From Calditrichales bacterium (GTDB taxonomy: Bacteria > Calditrichota > Calditrichia > Calditrichales > J004), in assembly GCA_965267575.1 (NCBI GenBank), contig OZ254086.1, forward strand, positions 4,668,521 to 4,732,520: a DNA stretch of 64,000 nucleotides, written 5' to 3'. Positions within the stretch are counted from its first letter, which is position 1, and the number at the start of each line of letters is the position of its first letter. Of this stretch, positions 18,520-27,151 are shown in pieces. The translations under genes were made by a program, and so were the position numbers. The notes below the pieces were generated by a model. That model did not search any database. It worked only from the letters and a program-made list of their open reading frames with translations, and was not told the origin of the DNA.

Positions 18520-18570
18520 GCTCCGCTTGTTTTCCTCACAAAAGAGACAGGAGCCTTGCATTTTTTCTCA
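18520..18570 (-). promoter_or_regulatory. Candidate ECF promoter/hairpin, copy 1 (upstream of the amidase-like gene)
   Basis: TGAGA-N17-GTCTCT...AAACA; stem GCTCC/GGAGC covers the RBS. Confidence 0.6.
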
Positions 18571-18647
18571 TCTTTAAAAAAATCGGTCATTGAAACTATA
18601 GTCATTATCCGCTACATTGAGCAGTACCCATTCTATAACAGATTATT

Positions 18648-19271
18648 ATGATGACGCGTGCCCCAAACCCAGAACTTGAAAACATAATTGCCCTGTGCCT
18701 CTCCGCGTCCAGAGCTGAACAGGAAAAGGGCTGGCGCCAATTGGTCGATCGTTATGGCGGCTGGCTCGAATCGTGTGTGGCCGGCGCCGTAAAACGCTGG
18801 CGTATGCCGCGGCTGGGACGGCAGATGCCCGAAGCCTGCGGCGATATCCTGGCCGATGTATTCAAAATCCTGTTGGCACACCTGGGAGATTTTCGGGAAA
18901 CAGGCAGCGAGGCTGCCTTCCGCTCCTGGCTTGCCGTTATTTGCAACCGTGCTGCGGGACGCTATATTCGCCGCGAATTCAGCAAACGGCTGGGTGAGGA
19001 TGATGCGGCGGAGTACACGGAATTTGCAGGCGGCCTGGACGACGATCACCGCTGGGAACTGTATGAGAAAATTGTACAGACGCTTTATGACAGCGCCGGG
19101 CCGCGTCCGGCAAACACCGATCGTGATATAAACATTTTTATGCTCTATGCCTGGGCTGATCTCTCCGCACCCATGGTTTTCAGGCATCCCTGTTACCGGG
19201 AAGAAGGACACAGGGTGGTTGACGTGGTTGTAAACAGGTTAAGAAAAAAATTGCGCGAAAAATTACCCTAA
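18648..19271 (+). CDS. ECF-type sigma-70 factor (divergent)
   Basis: W..LV.RY, DILADVF..L...L.DFR, FRSWLAVIC.R...YIR (region 2); VVVNRLRKKLR at the C-terminus. Confidence 0.75.
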   Translation: MMTRAPNPELENIIALCLSASRAEQEKGWRQLVDRYGGWLESCVAGAVKRWRMPRLGRQMPEACGDILADVFKILLAHLGDFRETGSEAAFRSWLAVICNRAAGRYIRREFSKRLGEDDAAEYTEFAGGLDDDHRWELYEKIVQTLYDSAGPRPANTDRDINIFMLYAWADLSAPMVFRHPCYREEGHRVVDVVVNRLRKKLREKLP

Positions 19272-19272
19272 G

Positions 19273-19323
19273 TGAGAAAATTAAGGTCTCCCCTGTCTCT
19301 GTGTAAGTAAACAGACGGAGACC
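19273..19323 (+). promoter_or_regulatory. Candidate ECF promoter/hairpin, copy 2
   Basis: TGAGA-N17-GTCTCT...AAACA; stem GGTCTCC/GGAGACC covers the RBS of the gene at 19326. Confidence 0.6.
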
Positions 19324-19325
19324 GC

Positions 19326-19754
19326 ATGTATACAACAATGACGATCGTGGAAAATTTGCATTTGAACAAGAAACCGACACTCGGTGAAGCCTTGGCGATT
19401 CTGCAGGCTGAAGATCAGTACAACCTGCAGCGTGAAGCATATGACGCGCATATAAACGGCTATCTGGACAGCTTGCGCGCGCGCAGCATGGAATTGAGCG
19501 GAGATACTTCGTTTTTTGAATTGCTGGAAAAGTTCATCCGGGTGCATTGCCGCGGACAGAATGCTGATGTGGAAGAGTGCCGCGACTTCTTTATATACCT
19601 GTTTCTTGTAAAGAACAACCAGGCCGATTGTCTTGAGCTGGCCCGCAGGTTAAACCAATCTTTCCACTGCTTTGAAACTTTCAGTCGCGTTTTGCGCGAT
19701 TATTCGCGCACTTTTGAGGATTTGAGTTCGGGAAAAGACGGAACAGAAAAATGA
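19326..19754 (+). CDS. Hypothetical cytoplasmic protein, possibly anti-sigma-like
   Basis: RBS GGAG; stop overlaps the next start (ATGA); Cys/His-containing C-terminal half. Confidence 0.6.
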   Translation: MYTTMTIVENLHLNKKPTLGEALAILQAEDQYNLQREAYDAHINGYLDSLRARSMELSGDTSFFELLEKFIRVHCRGQNADVEECRDFFIYLFLVKNNQADCLELARRLNQSFHCFETFSRVLRDYSRTFEDLSSGKDGTEK

Positions 19755-20770
19755 ACAAAATACAGCCCCCGGCGGATCTGCTTTGCGCCTACATACTTGG
19801 CGAAGAAAATACCGAAGTTGCCCGCTGGCTTGAATCAGCCGCAGCAGACAAGCCGCACTGGAAAATAATCGACTCGCTGCGAAAAGCGAGCACCGGCAAA
19901 GAGCAACCCGGCGGAGAAATACACTTTGATACTATTGAGGAGATGGTTGAGACGTTTTGCCGCGGGGGCGAGGATGACAGTATTCTAAAGCGTTTCAAGG
20001 CATCTCTTGAAAGCGATCCTCAAAACTGTCAAAAACTGCTCATAAAGCTCAACCAGTACGACGATTTGGTGAACGCGTCATCCGCTGAAAAGCCGATGTT
20101 TTCCAAAGAAGCGCTTCTTTCCATTGCCGGATTCGGTAGCAAGGACAAGCCCGGCAATGTCATCGGCAAAATTCCTTCCGCCGTGTGGTACGCCTTGTCG
20201 GCAGCGGCCGTGCTGCTGGTGGTTTTCCTGACGCAGCCGAAGCCGGATGCGAGCTGGCAGGAAGCTTACCGATTTGGCGGCCGCGTTCCCCTGGATTATG
20301 ACGGATCAGCCTTGCGCGGCAGCATGGATACGGCCGCACCCGATAGTAATGCTCTGCGTTTCTATTACGCATATCGCGAAGGCTTAACACACTATCTTGC
20401 CGCCGAATACAACCAGGCTCATGAAGCCTGGAAACCGCTAAAGCCTCTGGCAGCGGCCCAGGTCGCAACCTCAGAAGGAAGCGTTGCCGATGAGTATTTA
20501 CTATATTATGGCGTCAATCTCATCGCATTATCGCAACAGTCCAATGCCGGCCTTACGGACGAACAGCGGCAGCAACTGCGCGATGAGGCCTTTGAAGCAC
20601 TAAACCAAAGCCGCTTTGAGCCGCATGCGTCGCGCTACTTTATGGGGCTGGCCCGTGCACTTAACGGTCGCAGTGGCGAAGCCCTGGATCTATTGAATTC
20701 AATAGATCCCGAATCCCGGTTTGGTGGCAGGGCCAAAGAACTGACAAGGACGCTAACCGAAGACAGATAG
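19751..20770 (+). CDS. Putative membrane-anchored anti-sigma factor with a periplasmic TPR-like domain
   Basis: LLCAYILGE..EVARWLE at the N-terminus, one TM (WYALSAAAVLLVVFL), LRG motif, TPR-like YFMGLARALNG...ALDLL. Confidence 0.7.
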   Translation: MNKIQPPADLLCAYILGEENTEVARWLESAAADKPHWKIIDSLRKASTGKEQPGGEIHFDTIEEMVETFCRGGEDDSILKRFKASLESDPQNCQKLLIKLNQYDDLVNASSAEKPMFSKEALLSIAGFGSKDKPGNVIGKIPSAVWYALSAAAVLLVVFLTQPKPDASWQEAYRFGGRVPLDYDGSALRGSMDTAAPDSNALRFYYAYREGLTHYLAAEYNQAHEAWKPLKPLAAAQVATSEGSVADEYLLYYGVNLIALSQQSNAGLTDEQRQQLRDEAFEALNQSRFEPHASRYFMGLARALNGRSGEALDLLNSIDPESRFGGRAKELTRTLTEDR

Positions 20771-20784
20771 TTGAGGGGGGACAC

Positions 20785-20898
20785 ATGTCAGAATTCACCA
20801 CATTATCGGGACTTCTCCTTATTGCCCTGGTTTTTTCCATTATCACCAACGTAATCCTGTTACGCAAAGCTAAAAACAGGAAGGCGGTGAGCAAATAG
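20785..20898 (+). CDS. 37-aa single-TM small protein (not in the ORF track)
   Basis: GAGGGGG RBS; MSEFTTLSGLLLIALVFSIITNVILLRKAKNRKAVSK. Confidence 0.55.
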   Translation: MSEFTTLSGLLLIALVFSIITNVILLRKAKNRKAVSK

Positions 20899-21078
20899 AT
20901 GGATACCGACCTTTTACTGGGAGCGGCGCTGGTAGCTTCTACCGCGCTTAATGTTTACCTTGCTTCGCGTGAAGACAAAACAAAAGAGCCACCCGAAGAA
21001 GATGATGAAACTTCCCCGGATAAATCCTCAACTCAATCGGACGGAAAACAAAAGGAACCGGATTCAGATATCAAATAG
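20899..21078 (+). CDS. 59-aa small protein, hydrophobic N-terminus and acidic tail (not in the ORF track)
   Basis: ATG directly after the previous TAG; MDTDLLLGAALVASTALNVYLASREDKTKEPPEEDDE...; overlaps the uncertain 5' end of the CHAT ORF. Confidence 0.45.
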   Translation: MDTDLLLGAALVASTALNVYLASREDKTKEPPEEDDETSPDKSSTQSDGKQKEPDSDIK

Positions 21079-23731
21079 CAACCTGTTCCCCACTCTTCTG
21101 ATCCTGTTATGCTTGTCTGTTTCTGCCATCGCGGAAACGGACGCGCAAACGCGGCAACGGTTTGAAGGCCTCATAGACAAAGCCAATTCCCACCTTACTT
21201 TCGATTCGGAAAAACGGATGCCGTATCTGGATTCCGCCCTTGTTATTGCAAAGCAAACGGATAACCCGGCACTGCTTGAAACCATTTACTATGAAATCGG
21301 CGTAACGCTTCTTTTGGGCTATAAGCTTGAAGCCTCGCTTGACAGCCTCAATAAAGGTCTGCACTATTCTGCCTTAAATGATTATAGAAAACGGGGCGAT
21401 ATTTTGTACAGAATAGCCAGTGTTCTTTTTCAAATGGATCGTTATTCGGAAGCTTTGGAGGTTATCTCAGAAATTGAAAATGACCCCACCGGAACAAACA
21501 AGAATGCCCTGATAAAAAGTATTGCCATGAAGGGTCAGATATATTACTACCTGGATTTATTGGATCTGGCATACAGCACCTTAATGCGCACAAAAGAGCT
21601 GAGCGGAGAAGAATTGCATCGAAAAGCCGCCATTACCCTTGGCAGCGTATTAATGGATCTGAAAAGATACGAAGAAGCTATTAAGTCGTATGAGACCGCC
21701 TGGAAAGGTTATGAAAAAGAGACGTCCAATGTTTTGGTGAAGAGTTTTATTCTTTACCGGATGGGCAGGCTATACAGTTTTGTCGGTAACAGGGACAAAT
21801 CGCGCGAGCTGTACGAGCGGGCCCTGGAATATGTTAACATGGGTAACAAGGTCAATAACGCCTATTACCGCATGAATATATATATCTACATGATTAAAAC
21901 GGAATTGGATTTTGGCTACCTCAAGAATGCCGTTGATTACATGAAGCTGTTTGAAAACGAAAATCTCGATAATCCCGAAGTGAACAGCCAGTACCTGCGT
22001 TTGTGGGCGGAAATATATAAGAAAAAAGCCGAGGCCGACAGCGCCCTATACTATTTGCGACGAACAGCAAAAATTGAAGAGGAAAGGCGCGGCGGGCTGA
22101 ATGTCGAAAGCTTCAGGGTTGGCTACATGGGGCTAAAGGCTTATATATATCGTGATATGGCCTCTCTTTTCCTAAAGAAATATAAACAGGACACAACACA
22201 AAAAGCGCTCGTCGATTCAGCGTTTCACTATCTCTCCTCGGTTCAGAACCGCGCCGCCGAAGATTTTATTAAACAACGAAAAAGCGGTCTTGTCGAAACA
22301 AGCAAAGACAGTATCTACATCGAAGCCCGGCAAAAAGTAGAGCACCTGCAAAAGAGATTGCGCAGCGTTTTTGACAGGCAGGAGCGCTCAAAACTTCTGG
22401 AAAAGCTGGAATATGCCCGTTATGATCTGCTGGACAGCCGCATGCATCTTGTCGATTCGGTTACACTGAGCCAGAAACAGATTTTGCGTTCAACCGATGA
22501 AATGCGCGGCGCTCTGAGAAAACTGGATGCAAACGCGGTTGTTTATTTTTTACATAACGATGAGAGCCATGCGTTTCTGCTGACGCCGGAAAAAGAAGAG
22601 CTTATATCGCTGCCGGCCCATCCGGATACGATAAGCAAACATGTGGAATTATTGATGAAGCCGTTTGCTGAAATCCCGGAAAGCGCCAACATACCCTTTA
22701 ACGCCTCTTCTGCCCATTTCCTTTACCGTGCCCTGGTTTTTCCCGTAGAAAAATTTTTCAGCCGCAAAACAATTATCCTCATACCGGACGGCTCTTTGCA
22801 ATCACTTTCGTTTTCCATGCTTTTAAAAGAGCAGCCGCGGCGCGATTACTTCTACCCCGGTGAAAGCGATATTCCGGACAGTAGCTTTCTTGTAATGGAC
22901 TACGACATGAGCTATGCGCCGGGCACCAACTGGTATCAGAATCTGTCGATTGCGGAAAGCCGTTTTAATCCGCATAACGTGGCTGCCTTCGGAGCCGTTG
23001 AAAGCATCCCCGGCGTGCAGACGTCACAGTCGCGCTTTGCCAGCTTTGGCCTGTGGGCGCCTCTGCTTTACGCCCGCAAAGAGTTGGATCAGCTTAAAAG
23101 CCTGCTACCGGACATAAAGATTTTCAGCGATGAGGCTGCTACGCCAACGCAGTTCTTCTCACAGCTGAAGCAGGCCGATGTAGTGCACCTTGCCAGCCAC
23201 GCCTTTGCTGACACTACCTATGACGCTTTCTCCGGTCTGGTCCTGTCCGCAGAGGAAGATAACGACGGACTCGTTATGGGGTATGAAATGGATCGCCGTA
23301 TTGTCTCAAGCAAGCTGATCACGCTGAGCGCCTGCGAAACCGGGCGCGGGCAAATTGTATCGGGCGAAGGTGTTCTGGGCATGCCGCGCCTGTTTCTACG
23401 CAGCGGCGCCCAAACCATTGTAATGACACTCTGGCGCATAGACGATCGCTTTACCGCTGATTTTATGCCACAATTTTACGATGCCTTGCTGACACAAAAA
23501 TTGGCCGCGGGTCCGGCTCTGTCCGAAACTCAACGCCGGGTTTTAAAAGGCACGAAGCAACAGTACAAACACCCGGTTTACTGGGCGGCCTTTAATGTAT
23601 ACGGGAACGCACACCTGCAAGCCGAACCGGAAAGCAAACAAAACTACCTGTTGGTTTTTGCCGCGATTATCGTTTTTCTTTTTTCCGCATACTATCTGAC
23701 AAAAAGAGCCGCGCAACGACACTCCTCCTGA
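20951..23731 (+). CDS. TPR-CHAT (caspase-like) protease, exported and C-terminally membrane anchored; start uncertain
   Basis: Signal-like LLILLCLSVSAIA; TPRs; IPDGSL, VVHLASHA (His), LSACETGRG (Cys), TLWRIDD, HPVYWAAF; C-terminal TM. Confidence 0.9.
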   Translation: MFTLLRVKTKQKSHPKKMMKLPRINPQLNRTENKRNRIQISNSNLFPTLLILLCLSVSAIAETDAQTRQRFEGLIDKANSHLTFDSEKRMPYLDSALVIAKQTDNPALLETIYYEIGVTLLLGYKLEASLDSLNKGLHYSALNDYRKRGDILYRIASVLFQMDRYSEALEVISEIENDPTGTNKNALIKSIAMKGQIYYYLDLLDLAYSTLMRTKELSGEELHRKAAITLGSVLMDLKRYEEAIKSYETAWKGYEKETSNVLVKSFILYRMGRLYSFVGNRDKSRELYERALEYVNMGNKVNNAYYRMNIYIYMIKTELDFGYLKNAVDYMKLFENENLDNPEVNSQYLRLWAEIYKKKAEADSALYYLRRTAKIEEERRGGLNVESFRVGYMGLKAYIYRDMASLFLKKYKQDTTQKALVDSAFHYLSSVQNRAAEDFIKQRKSGLVETSKDSIYIEARQKVEHLQKRLRSVFDRQERSKLLEKLEYARYDLLDSRMHLVDSVTLSQKQILRSTDEMRGALRKLDANAVVYFLHNDESHAFLLTPEKEELISLPAHPDTISKHVELLMKPFAEIPESANIPFNASSAHFLYRALVFPVEKFFSRKTIILIPDGSLQSLSFSMLLKEQPRRDYFYPGESDIPDSSFLVMDYDMSYAPGTNWYQNLSIAESRFNPHNVAAFGAVESIPGVQTSQSRFASFGLWAPLLYARKELDQLKSLLPDIKIFSDEAATPTQFFSQLKQADVVHLASHAFADTTYDAFSGLVLSAEEDNDGLVMGYEMDRRIVSSKLITLSACETGRGQIVSGEGVLGMPRLFLRSGAQTIVMTLWRIDDRFTADFMPQFYDALLTQKLAAGPALSETQRRVLKGTKQQYKHPVYWAAFNVYGNAHLQAEPESKQNYLLVFAAIIVFLFSAYYLTKRAAQRHSS

Positions 23732-23767
23732 TATTCTTTATTTTATTTCAAAAAAATAGTTTTTTAG

Positions 23768-23821
23768 TGAGAGATTTCTGTCCGGGCTTTGCTCTATTAA
23801 AGTAAACAAGCAAAAGCCCGG
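23768..23821 (+). promoter_or_regulatory. Candidate ECF promoter/hairpin, copy 3
   Basis: TGAGA-N17-TGCTCT...AAACA; stem CCGGGCTTTGCT/AGCAAAAGCCCGG. Confidence 0.5.
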
Positions 23822-23940
23822 TCGACCGGGCCTGTCAGGAGTCGCTGCCTCACCCCCTCTGGGCGGGGGCTCCTTTTTTTACCTCCCAGCACCACACCTC
23901 CGGGCAACACGGACGATCAGAAATGGTCGTCCGTTTTTTG
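23800..23940 (+). ncRNA. Candidate structured small RNA, or stacked terminators
   Basis: Hairpins gcccggtcgaccgggc; aggag...ctcc+T run; acggacgat...gtcgtccgt+T run; no credible ORF. Confidence 0.3.
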
Positions 23941-24190
23941 TTGGCAAATATTTACATTTATCAACAAATGTTTGCACCTTTGTTTCATTTTTGTTAGATA
24001 TGACGTTAACTATTCGCTTAGCTCAACCAATAATCAATATTTCATTTAGATTTTGTTGTCAACTCAGGGGGGAGTCAATGACAGCCTTTATTCCACATAG
24101 TGGTATTTTGTGGCCTTTTCCACGTGGACCGTAGCTTCCTTTCATATTCTTAAACGTCCATCTATCAACCCTTGTATGAAAGGAATAAAT

Positions 24191-27133
24191 ATGACATCTT
24201 TTCTACGATTTAGCAGGCACACCTTATTAGGTTTGCTTTTTTTCGGATCTTCATTGATCGCACAAAGTCTTAATATCGAAGGTATTGTTGTAGGTGATCT
24301 TGATTCCGAGCCCTTACCCGGCGTTAACGTTCAGGTAAAAGATACGTTCTTTGGAACAGCCACGGATCTTGACGGCTATTTCAAGTTAGAACTTGACAAT
24401 ATGGAGTCTGCCACCCTGGTTTTCTCCTTTGTCGGTTACAAAACCAAGGAAATAGAAGTGAGTGAGAGCTCCAAAAACATGCTTATCCGCTTGGAAGAAG
24501 ACGTGTTTCGCGGCTCCGAGATTGTTGTAACGGGTTTGGCGGCTTCGGTAAAGCGCGAAAACTTGGCCAATTCAGTTGCTTCAGTAAGCGCGGAAGAACT
24601 GCTGCCCGCCCCTACCCAATCAATGGAATCAGCCCTTAGCGGCAAATTCGCCGGTATATCCGTTAGCCAGAATACGGGCGCTCCTGGCGGTGGTATCAAT
24701 GTAAACCTGCGCGGCGTCTCTACCATTGAAGGCAGCACTCAGCCACTGTATGTCGTTGACGGTGTAATTGTTAACAACTCTGCGATACAATCCGGTATTG
24801 ATATTGTGACTGCTGCTACCGGAGCAGGCAGCCGAAATCCACAGGGCCAGCCGGTTAACCGTGTCGCGGACATAAATCCCAACGATATTCAGAACATCGA
24901 GGTTCTGAAAGGAGCGAGCGCCGCGGCTATCTATGGCTCAAAGGCATCAAACGGCGTGGTTATCATTACAACCAAGAAAGGCCAGGCCGGACATACACGC
25001 ATAAACTTTCGCCAGCAAACCGGTTTCAGCACGATCCTCAACAAGCTGGGCACACGCAAGTTCACGGCAGAAACGGCAGAAGAGACTTATGGACCGCAGG
25101 GTCGTGAATTATACGAAGCCAATGGAGGGCGTTTCATCGATCAGGAAGAAGTGCTCTATGGTGAAGAAGGTTTGCTTAGTCTTACCAGCCTTAATATTTC
25201 GGGCGGCAACAACCGTACAAGCTTTTATGTTTCCGGCACGCTTCAGGATGACCAGGGAATTATTAAGAATTCGGGTTACCAGAGAGCAGCGGGAAACCTG
25301 AGCCTCAGTCACAAATTTAGCGAGAAACTGGATGTGGATGTTAACGCCTCTTTGATTCGCACGCGCGCCGACCGCGGCATCACGGGTAATGACAACACCA
25401 ATACTACTTTTGGCTTTTCGCTTGCCTTTACACCAAGCTTTATTGATTTAAGGCCTAAGAACGGTGATTATCCGGACCATCCCTTTAATCCGTCCAATCC
25501 CGTTCATACGAGGGATGTTTTAACCAACCGCGAAGAAGTAACACGCACCATTAACTCGATGCGTCTTAAGTACAACGTGATGCGCACGGAAACTCAAAAC
25601 CTCGATTTTATTGTGCAATCCGGTTTTGATTACTTCACACAGCAAAACGATGTAGTTTCCCCGCCGGTTCTGCAATTTGAACGCAACTCCAGTAACCCGG
25701 GTCGTTCGCTGGATGGTAAAACAACCAACCTGAGTTGGAATATGTACTTCAACCTGGCGCACCTGTTTATTATGGGAGACATGTCTTTTCAGACATCCGC
25801 CGGATTACAGTTTGAAAACCTGGAACAGGACAATGTACTTGTCTCCAGCCGTGGTATTACTCCCACGCAAACAAACATTACACAGGCAGCTGCTGTTGAC
25901 GTTTTCCAGACCAGCATCCGTCAATATGACCGCGGTTTTTATGTGCAGGAAGAATTCAATTATGCAGATATGTTGTTCCTGAATGCCGGACTCCGTGCCG
26001 ACCGAAGCAGTGCGCACGGCGATGTAGAAAAATTCTTTATGTATCCGAAAGCTGCGGCTTCCCTACGGATTTCCGAGATGGATTTCTGGGCCAATATGCA
26101 AGAAACTCTTAGCGAGTTTAAGGTACGCGTCGCCTACGGTGAAACCGGCAACGCGCCGCCCCCGCTTGCCAAATATGTTGAATTGACCCCGAATAATATC
26201 GACGGTTCCGCAGGAGCCTGGTTTAAACAACTTCGCGGTAATAAAGATATTAAGCCGGAGCGGACCCGTGAAGTGGAAGTCGGTTTTGACGCAACCATTA
26301 TGCAGGATCTGGCTAATATTGAATTCAGCTATTACCGCCAGGACATAACCGATCTCATCATAACGCCAGACCTGCCGTCTTCATCCGGTTTTACGGAAGA
26401 ATATGTTAACGCCGGTGAAATGTTGACCCAGGGTCTGGAATTGGGCATACGCGCTATTCCGGTGCGAACGGCCAACTTCCGTTGGAACTCGACTGTAAGC
26501 TGGTACAAAACCTGGTCTGAAATTACAAAACTCGACGTGGATCCTTTTAATATCGGTGGTTTTGCTACATTCCTGGGCACCTATCGGATTCAGGAAGGCT
26601 GGTCTCCGACTGCAATCGTAGGTGCGGAGCGCAATCCGGATGGTTCCTTTGTGGAAATCGGCAATGAAACGCCGGATTTTGAACTCGGCTTTAATAATCG
26701 TTTTACCCTTTCTGATTTTGAATTTGGTTTCCATTTTCACTGGAAAGAAGGCGGCGACGTTATCAACCTTGGTAAACTGATCACCGACCTTGGCGGTACA
26801 ACGGAAGATTATGACACCGGCGCCGCGGCCGCGCGTTTGGATGCGTTGGGGACTTCTACTTCACAATACGTTGAAGACGGAACGTATATAAAACTGCGTG
26901 AAGCTTATGTTACGTATAATGTACCCGCTACATTTCTGGAAGGTGCATTTGGCCATATGGTACACTATATGCGCCTTGGGCTCACAGGACGTAACCTTTT
27001 TATGATCACGGACTATACGGGCTATGATCCGGAAGTGAGTCAGTTTGGTAACGTAGCTATCGGCCGTTCCGTCGATACCATTCCTTTCCCGTCATCGCGC
27101 AGCTTCTATTTCACAGTCGCTTTAGGCCTATAA
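24191..27133 (+). CDS. SusC/RagA family TonB-dependent outer membrane transporter
   Basis: CarboxypepD-like N-domain; PLYVVDG, DINPNDIQNIEVLKGASAAAIYGS, GVVIITTK, YTGYDPE; start at 24191 chosen from RBS. Confidence 0.95.
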   Translation: MTSFLRFSRHTLLGLLFFGSSLIAQSLNIEGIVVGDLDSEPLPGVNVQVKDTFFGTATDLDGYFKLELDNMESATLVFSFVGYKTKEIEVSESSKNMLIRLEEDVFRGSEIVVTGLAASVKRENLANSVASVSAEELLPAPTQSMESALSGKFAGISVSQNTGAPGGGINVNLRGVSTIEGSTQPLYVVDGVIVNNSAIQSGIDIVTAATGAGSRNPQGQPVNRVADINPNDIQNIEVLKGASAAAIYGSKASNGVVIITTKKGQAGHTRINFRQQTGFSTILNKLGTRKFTAETAEETYGPQGRELYEANGGRFIDQEEVLYGEEGLLSLTSLNISGGNNRTSFYVSGTLQDDQGIIKNSGYQRAAGNLSLSHKFSEKLDVDVNASLIRTRADRGITGNDNTNTTFGFSLAFTPSFIDLRPKNGDYPDHPFNPSNPVHTRDVLTNREEVTRTINSMRLKYNVMRTETQNLDFIVQSGFDYFTQQNDVVSPPVLQFERNSSNPGRSLDGKTTNLSWNMYFNLAHLFIMGDMSFQTSAGLQFENLEQDNVLVSSRGITPTQTNITQAAAVDVFQTSIRQYDRGFYVQEEFNYADMLFLNAGLRADRSSAHGDVEKFFMYPKAAASLRISEMDFWANMQETLSEFKVRVAYGETGNAPPPLAKYVELTPNNIDGSAGAWFKQLRGNKDIKPERTREVEVGFDATIMQDLANIEFSYYRQDITDLIITPDLPSSSGFTEEYVNAGEMLTQGLELGIRAIPVRTANFRWNSTVSWYKTWSEITKLDVDPFNIGGFATFLGTYRIQEGWSPTAIVGAERNPDGSFVEIGNETPDFELGFNNRFTLSDFEFGFHFHWKEGGDVINLGKLITDLGGTTEDYDTGAAAARLDALGTSTSQYVEDGTYIKLREAYVTYNVPATFLEGAFGHMVHYMRLGLTGRNLFMITDYTGYDPEVSQFGNVAIGRSVDTIPFPSSRSFYFTVALGL

Positions 27134-27151
27134 AAAGAAAGGAAAGAAATA

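Noticed and set aside
20951..23731. CHAT protein as part of a CRISPR type III-E (Craspase) locus
   Set aside because: No Cas7-11 gene or array; the protein has export and membrane-anchor signals
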